DNA of 64,000 nt. Source: Methanobacteriota archaeon. Lineage in GTDB: Archaea > Thermoplasmatota > Thermoplasmata > SG8-5 > DAIRED01. The stretch covers positions 1-64,000 of the forward strand of contig JAZDNO010000029.1 of NCBI GenBank assembly GCA_043799545.1, given 5' to 3'. Of this stretch, positions 9,365 to 18,924 are shown one piece after another; the first letter of the stretch is position 1, and each line of letters starts with the position of its first letter. Below the pieces are notes generated by a model. The model was not told the DNA's origin. It searched no databases and saw only the letters and a list, made by a program, of their open reading frames with translations. The position numbers and the translations under genes are program-made.

Positions 9365-10801
9365 TTAGCTGAAAGATTTCAAACTTCTCTGGAACCTAAC
9401 TCTCTCCCCCGGGACCTCGACAGGGTACTCGCCTGTAAGGCAGCCGAGGCAGAGGTCTTCCGCGGGATGGTTGATGGCCGTGATGAGCCCCTTCATGCTA
9501 AGGTAACCGACGCTGTCGGCCGTTATCTGCTCCGCAATCTGCTCAAGGCTGCGCCCGGTGGCGACGAACTGGCCGCGGCTCTTCATGTCGATTCCCAGGT
9601 AGCACGGGGAAACTATAGGCGGGCATCCTATCCTGACGTGGACCTCTGAAGCCCCGGCCTTCTTGAGAATCTGGACAATCTTGCGCATCGTTGTTCCGCG
9701 AACTATGCTGTCGTCCACGAGAACGACGCGCTTTCCCGCCACGTACTTCCGGATCGGGTGCATCTTCAGGTGGACCGTGTTCTCCCTGTCGCTCTGCTCC
9801 GGCATGATGAAAGTCCTCTCGATGTACCTGTTTTTGATGAGCCCTTCGAAGTACGGCAGGCCGCTGGTGTTGGCGAATCCGAGTGCGTGCGCCCTTCCCG
9901 AATCTGGTACCGGCACAACCATGTCCGCCTCTATTGGGTGCTCCCTCGCCAGGGTCGCGCCGATATCGTACCTCACGTCGTAGACAAGCGTTCCTTCGAG
10001 GATGCTGTCCGGTCGCGCGAAATAGACCCATTCGAACATGCAGTGCGCGTGGCGCTTGGGCGCGGACGCCTTGATAGATTTGAAACCGTCCAGGGATATC
10101 TCCACGACCTCCCCCGGCTCCACGTCCCTTATCAGGTCGCCCCCGAGCGCCTCGAAGACGACGCTTTCCGAGGCGACTGCGTATCCTCCCGGCACCTTGC
10201 CAAGCGAAAGAGGCCTTATCGCCAGCGGGTCCCTGAGCGCGTACACCCTTCCGTTGACCATGAAGACGAGGGAGTAGGAGCCGCAAATCGAATTCATCAG
10301 CGCCTTGGCGGCCTTCGTAACGTCGGGGTTCTGCGTGAGCTCGTTCGCCAGGAGCCTGATGATTATCTCCGAGTCAGTCGTCGAGATGAAGGCCCAGCCC
10401 TTCTTCTGCAGGTCGTCGCGAAGCGCCGCGGAGTTCACAAGGTCGCCGTTGTGGGCGAGCGCGACGTCTCCCGCGCTGGTGGTAACGATTATCGGTTGAG
10501 CGTTTGCGGCCTTGGAGCTTCCTGTCGTCGAGTAGCGGACGTGGCCGATGCCGCTCGTGCCCTTGAGCCCGTCCAGCAGCTCTTTGTTGAAGACCTCGTG
10601 GGCCAGCCCCATCCCCTTGTGGCTATGGGTCACCCCCCCGAATGTGGCTATTCCGGCCGACTCCTGGCCCCTGTGCTGGATTATCCTCAATCCGAAGAAA
10701 ATGTCCTGCGATACCGCCTTGTCGGAGACTATCCCGATTACGCCGCAAGAATCCTTTGGAGAATCGTCGCCCGATTCGAAATCGGGGACGTTCCCGGACA
10801 T
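9365..10801 (-). CDS. purF: Amidophosphoribosyltransferase
   Basis: Propeptide then CGVIG; QHRGQESAG, GHVRYSTTG, HNGDLVN, VDDSIVRGTT PRPP motif. Confidence 0.95.
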   Translation of the reverse strand: MSGNVPDFESGDDSPKDSCGVIGIVSDKAVSQDIFFGLRIIQHRGQESAGIATFGGVTHSHKGMGLAHEVFNKELLDGLKGTSGIGHVRYSTTGSSKAANAQPIIVTTSAGDVALAHNGDLVNSAALRDDLQKKGWAFISTTDSEIIIRLLANELTQNPDVTKAAKALMNSICGSYSLVFMVNGRVYALRDPLAIRPLSLGKVPGGYAVASESVVFEALGGDLIRDVEPGEVVEISLDGFKSIKASAPKRHAHCMFEWVYFARPDSILEGTLVYDVRYDIGATLAREHPIEADMVVPVPDSGRAHALGFANTSGLPYFEGLIKNRYIERTFIMPEQSDRENTVHLKMHPIRKYVAGKRVVLVDDSIVRGTTMRKIVQILKKAGASEVHVRIGCPPIVSPCYLGIDMKSRGQFVATGRSLEQIAEQITADSVGYLSMKGLITAINHPAEDLCLGCLTGEYPVEVPGERVRFQRSLKSFS

Positions 10802-10802
10802 T

Positions 10803-10970
10803 CTAGTGCACCTTCGCCCAGACTCTGTTGGTCATCTTGCGCGAGGCCCCGAAGCCGCACGACGCGCAGACCTTGTGCTGCGTGTGGTAGGCGTGCCTTC
10901 CGCAGCGCCTGCATCTTATGTGCGATTTCTTGGAGTTCCTTTTTCCCTGTGCCGGCGTGCCCTTGCTCAT
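10803..10970 (-). CDS. rpl37e: 50S ribosomal protein L37e (55 aa, missed by ORF track)
   Basis: Manual translation [55 protein letters not shown]. Lies downstream of LSm, the conserved archaeal arrangement. Confidence 0.95.
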   Translation of the reverse strand: MSKGTPAQGKRNSKKSHIRCRRCGRHAYHTQHKVCASCGFGASRKMTNRVWAKVH

Positions 10971-10986
10971 TGTCAATCCTCCAGAA

Positions 10987-11205
10987 TTACGGCGATATGA
11001 AAATGACGTTGTCGCCGCGGACTATCGCAAGCTCCAGCTTCCTCTTGACTTCCCTGTTATGCATCTCCTCGACATTCTTCAGGACGAGGTTCATGTGCGG
11101 GTCGTATCCGTCCAGCGTTCCCCTGTAGCTCCTGTTTGCCTTGAGCTCGACCATGACCTGCTTGCTGATGTACTGGTTGAGCACTTGGAGAGGCTTCTGC
11201 GCCAT
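10987..11205 (-). CDS. LSm/SmAP (snRNP-like) protein
   Basis: Sm1 [14 protein letters not shown] and Sm2 IVRGDNV motifs; true start MAQKPL at 11205. Confidence 0.93.
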   Translation of the reverse strand: MAQKPLQVLNQYISKQVMVELKANRSYRGTLDGYDPHMNLVLKNVEEMHNREVKRKLELAIVRGDNVIFISP

Positions 11206-11493
11206 TTCACTCACAAAGCCCCATACAAGTAGATAGTATAAAACAATTGCGCTGGAATGCTGGGAAAATGTGGAGTTGTAGAATGCCAATGAGATATACT
11301 GCGAAAAGAAGATTGAACTTGCCCCTCGAACGCGCATACATAATGTCAAAAGGATTTGTTTATGCAAGAGCATCCAATGGCTCAAGGAATCCAAAATGTG
11401 ATTCTTGAGCCAGATACGGACGAGCTCCTTGTTCTGAGAACGACGGAGACCGCTCGTCCTATCCCCTCTCCCTTAATATTTTAAATAAATCTA

Positions 11494-11576
11494 TGCGGGA
11501 GAGGGGATTCGAACCCCCGAACCACTAAGGACAGAATCTTAAGTCCTGCGCCGTTGGCCAGCTTGGCTACTCCCGC
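11494..11576 (-). tRNA. tRNA-Leu (anticodon TAA), no encoded CCA
   Basis: GCGGGAG acceptor stem pairs with CTCCCGC; anticodon loop CTTAAGA; long variable arm; GGTTCGAATCC T-arm. Confidence 0.93.
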
Positions 11577-11580
11577 GTGT

Positions 11581-12894
11581 TCAGAACTTGGCGAGGATTG
11601 CCGCCAGGTCTGGCTTGCCTATCTCTTTCAGAGAGTACCGGACGCGTATTATCGGCTTGTTTATCTTGATTATCCGACTTAAATCTATGGGCGTTCCCGC
11701 AAGCACGACGTCGCACGGGACCTTGTTAATCGTGTCCTGGAGGTCCTTCACCTGCTCCGTACCGTATCCCATCGCCGGGAGCAGCTCCTTGAGGTGCGGG
11801 TACTTCTCGAAAGTTGCGGCTATCGTGCCTACTGCGTAGGGGCGCGGCTCGACTATTGTCTTGGCGCCGTATTTCCTCGCCGCGACCATCCCAGCACCGT
11901 AGGTCATCTCCCCGTGCGTCAGGGTCGGGCCGTCCTCCACGACGAGGACGTCTTTCCCCTTCACCGCTGCGTGGCTCTCGACGGTTATCGGCGATTCGGC
12001 CTCGATTATTATTGCGTCCGGGTTCTCAGCCTCGATGTTGTCCCTCACCATCTCGACGTTCTTGCGGTCCGCCGAGTCTATCTTGTTGATGATGACGACA
12101 TCAGCGAGCCTCAGGTTCGTTTCTCCCGGGTAATAAGAAACCTCGTGGCCGGGCCTCAGCGGGTCTGCTATCACGATGTAAAGGTCGGGCTTGTAGAACG
12201 AAGTGTCGTTGTTCCCGCCGTCCCAGACTATGACGTCGGCTTCCTTCTCCGCCTCGGAAAGGATTGCGCCGTAGTCCACGCCCGAGTAGACGATGATGCC
12301 GTCGTCGATGTGCGGCTCGTACTCCTCGCGCTCCTCTATCGTGCACTTGTGCTTGTCCAAATCATCGTAGGTTGCGAAGCGCTGGACCTTCTGCTTCACA
12401 AGGTCGCCGTAGGGCATGGGGTGGCGTATCGCGACGACCCGCTTTCCCTTTTCCTTGAGTATCTTGCAGACCTTTCTCGTCGTCTGGCTTTTGCCGCTCC
12501 CAGTCCTTACGGCGCATATTGCGATGACCGGGACGTTGGCCTTCACCATCGTCTTCTCGGCGCCTATGAGCAGGAAGTCAGCGCCGGCCGCGTTGACGAT
12601 GGATGAGATGCTCATGAGCTTCTGATAGGACACGTCGCTGTACGAGAAGACGGCCACGTCCACCTTCTGCTCCTTGATGAGCTTAGGCAGCTCGTCCTGT
12701 GAGACTATCGGTATCCCCTGGGGGTACAGTTCCTTGCCCGCCAGTTCCGGCGGGTACGTCCTTCCGTCGATGTCCGGTATCTGGGCTGCCGTGAAAGCTA
12801 TTATCTTGAACTCTGGCTTACCGCGGAACAGGACGTTGAAATTGTGGAAATCCCTGCCTGCCGCGCCAATTATCACCATCTTCTGCTTTGTCAT
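11581..12894 (-). CDS. COG2403 P-loop protein (cyclic 2,3-diphosphoglycerate synthetase family), closest in motif content to arginine synthetase ArcE
   Basis: IIGAAGRDFHNFN, AVRTGSGKSQT, IRHPMPYGDL, WDGGNND, VEDGPTLTHG. Start MTKQK at 12894. Confidence 0.8.
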   Translation of the reverse strand: MTKQKMVIIGAAGRDFHNFNVLFRGKPEFKIIAFTAAQIPDIDGRTYPPELAGKELYPQGIPIVSQDELPKLIKEQKVDVAVFSYSDVSYQKLMSISSIVNAAGADFLLIGAEKTMVKANVPVIAICAVRTGSGKSQTTRKVCKILKEKGKRVVAIRHPMPYGDLVKQKVQRFATYDDLDKHKCTIEEREEYEPHIDDGIIVYSGVDYGAILSEAEKEADVIVWDGGNNDTSFYKPDLYIVIADPLRPGHEVSYYPGETNLRLADVVIINKIDSADRKNVEMVRDNIEAENPDAIIIEAESPITVESHAAVKGKDVLVVEDGPTLTHGEMTYGAGMVAARKYGAKTIVEPRPYAVGTIAATFEKYPHLKELLPAMGYGTEQVKDLQDTINKVPCDVVLAGTPIDLSRIIKINKPIIRVRYSLKEIGKPDLAAILAKF

Positions 12895-12981
12895 GCATAT
12901 CGACCTCTTTGATAGCACCAGAAGAACTCATTCCACATATATCTTTGGTCAAAAGAGTAAGGGTTTTGGGAAGAAGGCTGT

Positions 12982-13752
12982 TTATCGCGACCCTGGCGCC
13001 AGGGGGGTCCTCTCGTCGCCGCGCGAAGACTGGAAGTCCGAACCGCTCACGGTCACCATGCCGGACTGCTGAAGCGCGTCCTCTCGCTCCATCTCGTTCA
13101 GGCGCTCTCTGATGTACTCCTTATTGAGGTGCTCCTCGAAGTTCTGGACGATTTTCAGTGCTCCCTGGTTGATCAGGTCCATCCCCTTTACAAAGTCCAG
13201 GTCCTTGACCCTGAGCAGGTTCTCGTTGTCTATTGCGATTGTGAGGTTGGTCGAGCTTTTCAGCTTCCTCAGCGAATCCATCGCGGTCGCCCGCCTCGGA
13301 GTCTCCGCGCTGAAAGGCAGGACGACGATGCCGAAGGTCGAAATCCCCATGGACTTGGCGACCTCGGCCACGTACGGCGCCGCGCCGGAGCCGACCCCTC
13401 CGCCGAGGCCAGCCACGACTATCGCCATGTCCGCACCGCTGAGAGCCTCTCGGATTTCCCCGTCGCACCTCGCGGCGCAGGCTTCGCCAACCTCGGGGTA
13501 TATCGCAGATTTCCCGAAGGTCAGGTCCCTGCCCACCTGCACGACCTTGCCGGATTTCGCCCTCGCAAGGCTCGCACCGTCAGAGTTCAGGTAGGTTACT
13601 GGCACGTGCGGCATATTGCTCGCTATGTACTCCCCGAGGTTGCAGCCCGCCCCTCCGCAGGCGATTATTCGCATGTCATGGTTCACAGCCAGCGCGCGCT
13701 TGCACTCGTCGCGCTCCCTGGCTCTCACGTCCGATTCGCGGGTCTTGGTCAT
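12982..13752 (-). CDS. Truncated FtsZ/tubulin-like paralog (N-terminal GTP-binding domain only)
   Basis: IIACGGAGCN, LNSD, PEVGE, AGLGGGVGSGAAP, VVLPFSAE, IDNENLL; the sequence ends without an NxDFAD T7 loop or C-terminal domain. Start uncertain (13674, 13752 or 13809). Confidence 0.8.
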   Translation of the reverse strand: MTKTRESDVRARERDECKRALAVNHDMRIIACGGAGCNLGEYIASNMPHVPVTYLNSDGASLARAKSGKVVQVGRDLTFGKSAIYPEVGEACAARCDGEIREALSGADMAIVVAGLGGGVGSGAAPYVAEVAKSMGISTFGIVVLPFSAETPRRATAMDSLRKLKSSTNLTIAIDNENLLRVKDLDFVKGMDLINQGALKIVQNFEEHLNKEYIRERLNEMEREDALQQSGMVTVSGSDFQSSRGDERTPLAPGSR

Positions 13753-13881
13753 GTTCTCACGCTCCACTTTTTCGCTAGCCAGGCCGCCCGTGCATCCCAT
13801 CCTTTCCATCCTGTCGGCTAGCCCGCTCCGCCTCCACGGCGAAGACCAGGCGGTCTGTGCTTTGCTCCGCGTTCTGCAATA

Positions 13882-14265
13882 TTACCTGGAAACCGTCTTC
13901 TGCTCGTTCTCGGTCACGCTTAGGGCAACTTCCTGACCCGAGGACCGCGCCATGACCCTGAACCGCTCCTCCAGCCGCTTGACCTGCTCCGGCTCGAAGA
14001 ATATGTCAATCATGCGCCGCAGAGCCTTCTCCCTGCTCGAGAACCACTCCCTCTTCACGACGCTGTCGAGGTAGTTTATCTCGGCCGGAGACAACTCAAC
14101 GCAGATTGCCACGTCCTGTCCCGGCGACGGCTCGTCCATCGCCCGGTCCAGTGCGATCCTGACCAGCTCGGACCTCGTAAGCCCGAGCCTCTTGGCTCTC
14201 TCGGTAACATCGTTCACGTACTCTGGAGAGAGGCGTATGGTCATCCGCTCGTTTACCTGATCCAT
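13882..14265 (-). CDS. Tandem ribbon-helix-helix (CopG/CdrS-like) transcription regulator
   Basis: ERMTIRLS...TRSELVRIAL and a second VELSPAEI...SREKALRRMI; directly upstream of the FtsZ-like gene. Confidence 0.75.
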   Translation of the reverse strand: MDQVNERMTIRLSPEYVNDVTERAKRLGLTRSELVRIALDRAMDEPSPGQDVAICVELSPAEINYLDSVVKREWFSSREKALRRMIDIFFEPEQVKRLEERFRVMARSSGQEVALSVTENEQKTVSR

Positions 14266-14293
14266 CTTTCACCCTTCGCGTCAGATTCTCATC

Positions 14294-14374
14294 GTAGGAC
14301 GCAGTAGGACATGTATAGGATTTTAAGTATAAATAGGTTTCGCTTATTCTCGGATATTGTCCTACCCATGGGAC
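14294..14374. promoter_or_regulatory. Candidate RHH operator: GTAGGAC repeats around a TATA-like box
   Basis: GTAGGAC at 14294-14300 and 14304-14310, degenerate copy at 14315-14321, inverted GTCCTAC at 14359-14365; AT-rich TATA-like tract ~14322-14335. Confidence 0.5.
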
Positions 14375-14454
14375 ATGAATCGGGAGGTATAACTATTTTT
14401 CCTTTCAATGCACAATATGCAGAATTCCACGCTTTCCAACGGTATCGCCAGCCG

Positions 14455-15288
14455 TCAGAATTTTCCCGCGGCATACTCCAGTACCGACTCGAATATCGCC
14501 TTTCCGTCGCCCCTCGGCCCCGGGTAGCTGCGCGTCCAGTCCGGGTGCGTGTAGCGCGTGAAGACCCTCTCCGGATGAGGCATCATGCCGAAGACGTTGC
14601 CCTGGGGATTGCATATGCCGGCTATGTCGTCCAGCGAGCCGTTCGGGTTCCACGGGTATCCCGGTTTGCGCGAGCCTTCCGCGTCTGAGTACCGGAATAC
14701 GATTTGGTCGCTGTCAATCAGGCGTTCCAGCAGCTTTTTCTGCTTGTCCTTCGGGAGCATGAACTTGCCTTCTGCGTGCGCGGACGGGCACATGAGAACC
14801 TCCCTTTTCTGAATGCCCCTGGTGAACACGCATTTGCCCGCGTTGTCGTGGCGCAGGAACGTCGGCCGGCACTCGAATCTGGAGGAATCGTTGGTGTTCA
14901 GCACGGCCTCGGGGACCGAAGCCATCGTTTCCTCGAAGGCGGGCAGCAGCCCCAATTCGACCAGCACCTGGAACCCGTTGCAGACCCCCAGCACAGGCTT
15001 CCCCGAATCGACGAAGCGCACGAGCTCGCGCGAGATCCCGCTCTTCATCCTGGCAGCCCAAATCGCACCAGCGCGAACGTAGTCTCCGGCGGAGAATCCC
15101 CCGGGTATCATGAGAATCTGGTAACTGGACAAGTCCCTGCGCAGTGCTGAAGGGCACTTGCCGAGAAGCTGCTTCAGGTGGACCTTCTCCGCGTTGGCGC
15201 CGAGTCGCTTGAAAGCCAGATATGCCTCCTCCTCGCAGTTCGTGCCCTCGATGCGCATGATGCACACCTTGATGTCGCGGACCCTCAT
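14455..15288 (-). CDS. purQ: Phosphoribosylformylglycinamidine synthase subunit I (glutaminase)
   Basis: EGTNCE, PGGFSAGDY, GVCNGFQ, AHAEGK, MMPHPER. True start at 15288 overlaps the purL stop (ATGA). Confidence 0.95.
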   Translation of the reverse strand: MRVRDIKVCIMRIEGTNCEEEAYLAFKRLGANAEKVHLKQLLGKCPSALRRDLSSYQILMIPGGFSAGDYVRAGAIWAARMKSGISRELVRFVDSGKPVLGVCNGFQVLVELGLLPAFEETMASVPEAVLNTNDSSRFECRPTFLRHDNAGKCVFTRGIQKREVLMCPSAHAEGKFMLPKDKQKKLLERLIDSDQIVFRYSDAEGSRKPGYPWNPNGSLDDIAGICNPQGNVFGMMPHPERVFTRYTHPDWTRSYPGPRGDGKAIFESVLEYAAGKF

Positions 15289-17660
15289 CCCATCACCGTC
15301 CAGATGCCGGAGCGCCAGGCTTTCTCGGCGCGCGCCAACGGAATAGATATAGTCCGTTTCTTGAACGACAGCTTGACGTTCTTGCCTGCCACGAGGCCGA
15401 CCTTCGCGAAAGGAACCCCCTCCATCGCAGATTCGAATCTCGCCTCCCTGCCGGCAATCACCTCGACGAGCCAGCGGGTGTTCCCCTCGTTGAAGAACGC
15501 TTCGTCGGCGCGCTTGAAAGGCAACTTCGACAGGTCGACGTCGGCCCCGGCCTGCCCGCCGAAGCACATCTCCGCCAGCGCGACCGCCGTTCCGCCGTGC
15601 GAGATGTCGTGGCATGCCGCGACGTGGCCGCCGCCCATCGCCCCTAGGAGCCCCTCAATCGAGCGCTTGAGAATCGCGAAATCGACGCCTGGAGCTTCCG
15701 GGGACGAACCGCCGGCGATGTTGTAGAAGAGCGAGCCGCCCATAGCAGACGTCGCAGGCCCCACAAGGTAAATCGAATCGCCCTCACGCTTGAAGTCCGA
15801 GGAAATGCAGAGGCGGATGTCCGGCTCCAGTCCGCAACCGAGCACGACCGCCGTCGGTAGAACCGCAGTGCCGTCCGCCTCGTTGTAGAAGCTAACGTTG
15901 CCCGATGGTATCGGCAAACCCAGCGTCTTGGCGGCCTCGCCCATCCCGCGCACGGTCTCCCTGAACTGGCCCAGCACTTCAGGCTTCTCGGGGTTTCCGA
16001 AGTTCAGGCAATTGGTCAGCGAGTGGGGCTTAGCCCCGACCGCCACGAGGTTCCTGCAGACCTCGTCCACTATGGCCAATCCCCCCTTGTACGGGTCCAC
16101 GCTCGCCAGCCAGGGGTTCGCGGCCGTCGCAATCGCGAGCCCTTTCCACGAATCCTCCACTGGCTTCAGGACCGCTGCGTCGCCGTGGGTGTCGTGGCCG
16201 ATGATTCCCTGTAGCGGTTTCAGTACTGTCGCGCCCCGGACCTCGTGGTCGTAAACCCTGATTGCCCAGTCCTTGCAAGCGATGTTCGGGTCCGCCAGGA
16301 TTTTCAGGAGGAGCTCATCGTAATCTCCCGGCTCCTTGGGGATTTTCTTCTTCACCCTTTTCGACGGCGCGGATATCCTGCACGGCCTGCAGTAAAGCGG
16401 CCCGCCAGTTAAAAACTCCAAATCGACCTCCAGAATCTTCTTGCCCTTGTATCGGACCCTCGCCACCTGCTCCTTGACGACCTTCCCGATTGGCGTGGCC
16501 TCTATGTCGAAAAGGCGCATTATATCTAGCACGGCTCCCAGTTTCCCCGGCTCAACCGCGAGCATCATCCTCTCCTGCGACTCGGATACCCATATCTCCC
16601 ACGGCGCGAGCCCCTCCTCCTTCAGCGGGACCTTCTCCAGGTCGACTTCGGCTCCGAATCCCGCCGCATAGGCGAGCTCGCCGCAGACGCACGACAGGCC
16701 GCCGCCTCCGAGGTCCTTCATCCCAGTGATGAGCCTCTTGGCAGCAACTTCCAGCACTGCGTGGATTACTGGCTCTTTCGTGATGGGGTCGCCGAGCTGG
16801 ACCGCGCCTCTCGATGACTCCTCGGACTTCTCCGAGAGGACCGCCGACGCGAATGTCACCCCGTGGATGCCGTCCCTGCCAGTCCTTCCCCCTACGAGGA
16901 CCAGTATGTCCCCGACCCCTCCGGCCTTGTTCCGGTAGAGGTCCTTCTTCCTTGCGATGCCGATGCAACCCACGTTGACCAGGCAGTTGCCAAGGTAGCT
17001 GTCGTCGAAGTTCAGGCTCCCGGCGATCGTGGGAATTCCAATCCTGTTTCCGTAGTCGCGTATGCCGGCGACGACTCCGCCCAGCAGGTACCGCGGGTGC
17101 TTCACGCCCTTAGGCATCTTGGAAGCCGGATGCGTCAGCTCGCCGAAGAACAGAGGGTCCACGAGCGCTATCGGCTGGGCACCCATGCACAGCACGTCGC
17201 GCACGATTCCCCCTATGCCAGTCGCCGCCCCGCCGTATGGCTCGACCGCGCTCGGGTGGTTGTGGCTCTCGATGCGCAGCGCGTAGGCGTTCTCCTCGTC
17301 GAAGCTCATGACCCCGGCGTCGCCGCGGTCTATTACCTCGGGAGTGTCTATTCCGAAGACATGCTCCTTCAGAATCAGCTTCGAGCTCTTGTAGCAGCAG
17401 TGCTCCGACCATGCCTGGCCGAGAGCCTGGAGCTCTACGTCCGTGGGATTTCGCCCCTTCCTTGAAAAGTAATCCCTGACCCTCTTCATCTCGTCGAGGC
17501 TGAGCCCGGTGCCGCTGTCCGCGCTTACTTCTTTTAGCTGCGCGTCAGTCGCCCCAAGAAGCATGATCTCAGACAGCGGAAATCCTTTCCCTGTCGGTTT
17601 GTACAGTGGTTTGCCAGGCTTATGCGATTTCTGGGATTTTATAGGCTTGCGGACGGGCAT
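15285..17660 (-). CDS. purL: Phosphoribosylformylglycinamidine synthase subunit II
   Basis: WSEHCCYKSS, ESHNHPS, GGRTGRDGIHG, SESQERM, NCLNFGNP, GNVSFYN. Start inferred at MPVRKP (17660). Confidence 0.95.
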   Translation of the reverse strand: MPVRKPIKSQKSHKPGKPLYKPTGKGFPLSEIMLLGATDAQLKEVSADSGTGLSLDEMKRVRDYFSRKGRNPTDVELQALGQAWSEHCCYKSSKLILKEHVFGIDTPEVIDRGDAGVMSFDEENAYALRIESHNHPSAVEPYGGAATGIGGIVRDVLCMGAQPIALVDPLFFGELTHPASKMPKGVKHPRYLLGGVVAGIRDYGNRIGIPTIAGSLNFDDSYLGNCLVNVGCIGIARKKDLYRNKAGGVGDILVLVGGRTGRDGIHGVTFASAVLSEKSEESSRGAVQLGDPITKEPVIHAVLEVAAKRLITGMKDLGGGGLSCVCGELAYAAGFGAEVDLEKVPLKEEGLAPWEIWVSESQERMMLAVEPGKLGAVLDIMRLFDIEATPIGKVVKEQVARVRYKGKKILEVDLEFLTGGPLYCRPCRISAPSKRVKKKIPKEPGDYDELLLKILADPNIACKDWAIRVYDHEVRGATVLKPLQGIIGHDTHGDAAVLKPVEDSWKGLAIATAANPWLASVDPYKGGLAIVDEVCRNLVAVGAKPHSLTNCLNFGNPEKPEVLGQFRETVRGMGEAAKTLGLPIPSGNVSFYNEADGTAVLPTAVVLGCGLEPDIRLCISSDFKREGDSIYLVGPATSAMGGSLFYNIAGGSSPEAPGVDFAILKRSIEGLLGAMGGGHVAACHDISHGGTAVALAEMCFGGQAGADVDLSKLPFKRADEAFFNEGNTRWLVEVIAGREARFESAMEGVPFAKVGLVAGKNVKLSFKKRTISIPLARAEKAWRSGIWTVMG

Positions 17661-17671
17661 CCTTGTCACTC

Positions 17672-17914
17672 CTAAACGAGGTCTATCTTGTAGTTGTGTA
17701 TCACGGGATTCGACAGGAGCTTCCTGCACATCTCGTCAACGATTGCGCGCGCTTTTTTTGGATCCTTCTCATCCAATGTTAGAACGTACGTCTTGATCGA
17801 GCATACTCCGGACACTCCCTTGAAACCCAGAAGCTCCAGCGCCTTGCGGGTGTTCGCACCCTCAGGGTCTGCGACTCCCTTCTTTAGCTCTATTCTGACC
17901 TCGGCAATAACCAT
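17672..17914 (-). CDS. purS: Phosphoribosylformylglycinamidine synthase subunit PurS
   Basis: LKKGVADPEG...LLSNPVIHNY; first gene of the purS-L-Q operon. Confidence 0.92.
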   Translation of the reverse strand: MVIAEVRIELKKGVADPEGANTRKALELLGFKGVSGVCSIKTYVLTLDEKDPKKARAIVDEMCRKLLSNPVIHNYKIDLV

Positions 17915-18128
17915 GACGCCACCCTGCACCTGAATGGGCAAATGGTACTTAAGATGTTGCGCCCGAGCCGACCGAAACCCTTTATCAACGGTTGAATAAA
18001 ACCGCAAAGCCAGAAGACGCGTATTTTATTTCAATGTTAGAATTAAAAACATCTATTTATAGGGCGAGCGCATCCCCCGCTTCCCGCAACAGTTTGCAAA
18101 GAGAATTGATTAGAAGGGGGAGCGATTT

Positions 18129-18341
18129 ATGATACTCAGGCCCGACGTCCGCGCGTTCAAGAACCGGGAGGACAGCTACGACCGGTGCCGCAAATGCGGG
18201 ACCGCCATGGTAATCCTGCCGGACGACCGTAGGCAGGGTTACTGCCACGACTGCTTCGAGCCTCTGGACGTGAGCATGCACGAGTTCTGCACGAGAATCC
18301 CGACGCAGGAGGCTTCCTTCGGCCTCCCCGACAGGCATTGA
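18129..18341 (+). CDS. Small putative zinc-finger protein
   Basis: CRKC...CHDC pairs in 70 aa; 3 nt before the next gene's start. Confidence 0.5.
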   Translation: MILRPDVRAFKNREDSYDRCRKCGTAMVILPDDRRQGYCHDCFEPLDVSMHEFCTRIPTQEASFGLPDRH

Positions 18342-18344
18342 GTT

Positions 18345-18800
18345 TTGGGAGCAACAGAATTGATAATCTGGACTCGGCCTTTCAACCAATCAGACGCGAA
18401 TCCAATATCCGAGATAGTCGGCGAGGCGTTCACGGAGGTTTATCCAAACCACATCTGGGCTGACATTGCCTCCTACTGGCCCGACGGCCTCGTGGTGATG
18501 CTCGACGACGGCGACGTGGTGGGAGCGGCTGTCGGCGTCGCGGAGCCAGACGGGACCTCGCGCATCCTGATACTCGTGCTGAAGCCCGCATATAGAAGTC
18601 GAGGACTGGGCAAAGTCCTGCTAGAGAGGCACTACGAGGCATGTAGAAAAAGGGGCATCTCGAAGGTCAAGCTCGAAGTGCGCCACGGAAACGAGGGGGC
18701 GATGAGGTTCTACGGACGGAACGGATACAAACTGGAAGGAAAGCTGCCCTGCTTCTACACGGACGGGGCGGACGCCTGGCAGATGAGCAAGACCATATGA
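18345..18800 (+). CDS. GNAT N-acetyltransferase (RimI/Ard1-like)
   Basis: [11 protein letters not shown] acetyl-CoA motif, [25 protein letters not shown]; TTG start. Confidence 0.85.
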   Translation: MGATELIIWTRPFNQSDANPISEIVGEAFTEVYPNHIWADIASYWPDGLVVMLDDGDVVGAAVGVAEPDGTSRILILVLKPAYRSRGLGKVLLERHYEACRKRGISKVKLEVRHGNEGAMRFYGRNGYKLEGKLPCFYTDGADAWQMSKTI

Positions 18801-18924
18801 TTCTCCCAACATCGGCGAAGGGGCGGGCGCAGGCCTTTCCGCCAATCATAAAGTAGTTATAGTAATAAGTGCAGTTCAGATGCAGTCAGAATGTCAGAAC
18901 CTCAGTTTCTGGGGAGGTGACAAT

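Noticed and set aside
14455-15615. ORF-track N-terminal extensions of purQ (and of purL, purS, LSm, xpd, argS)
   Set aside because: They overlap neighbouring genes; homology begins at downstream starts.
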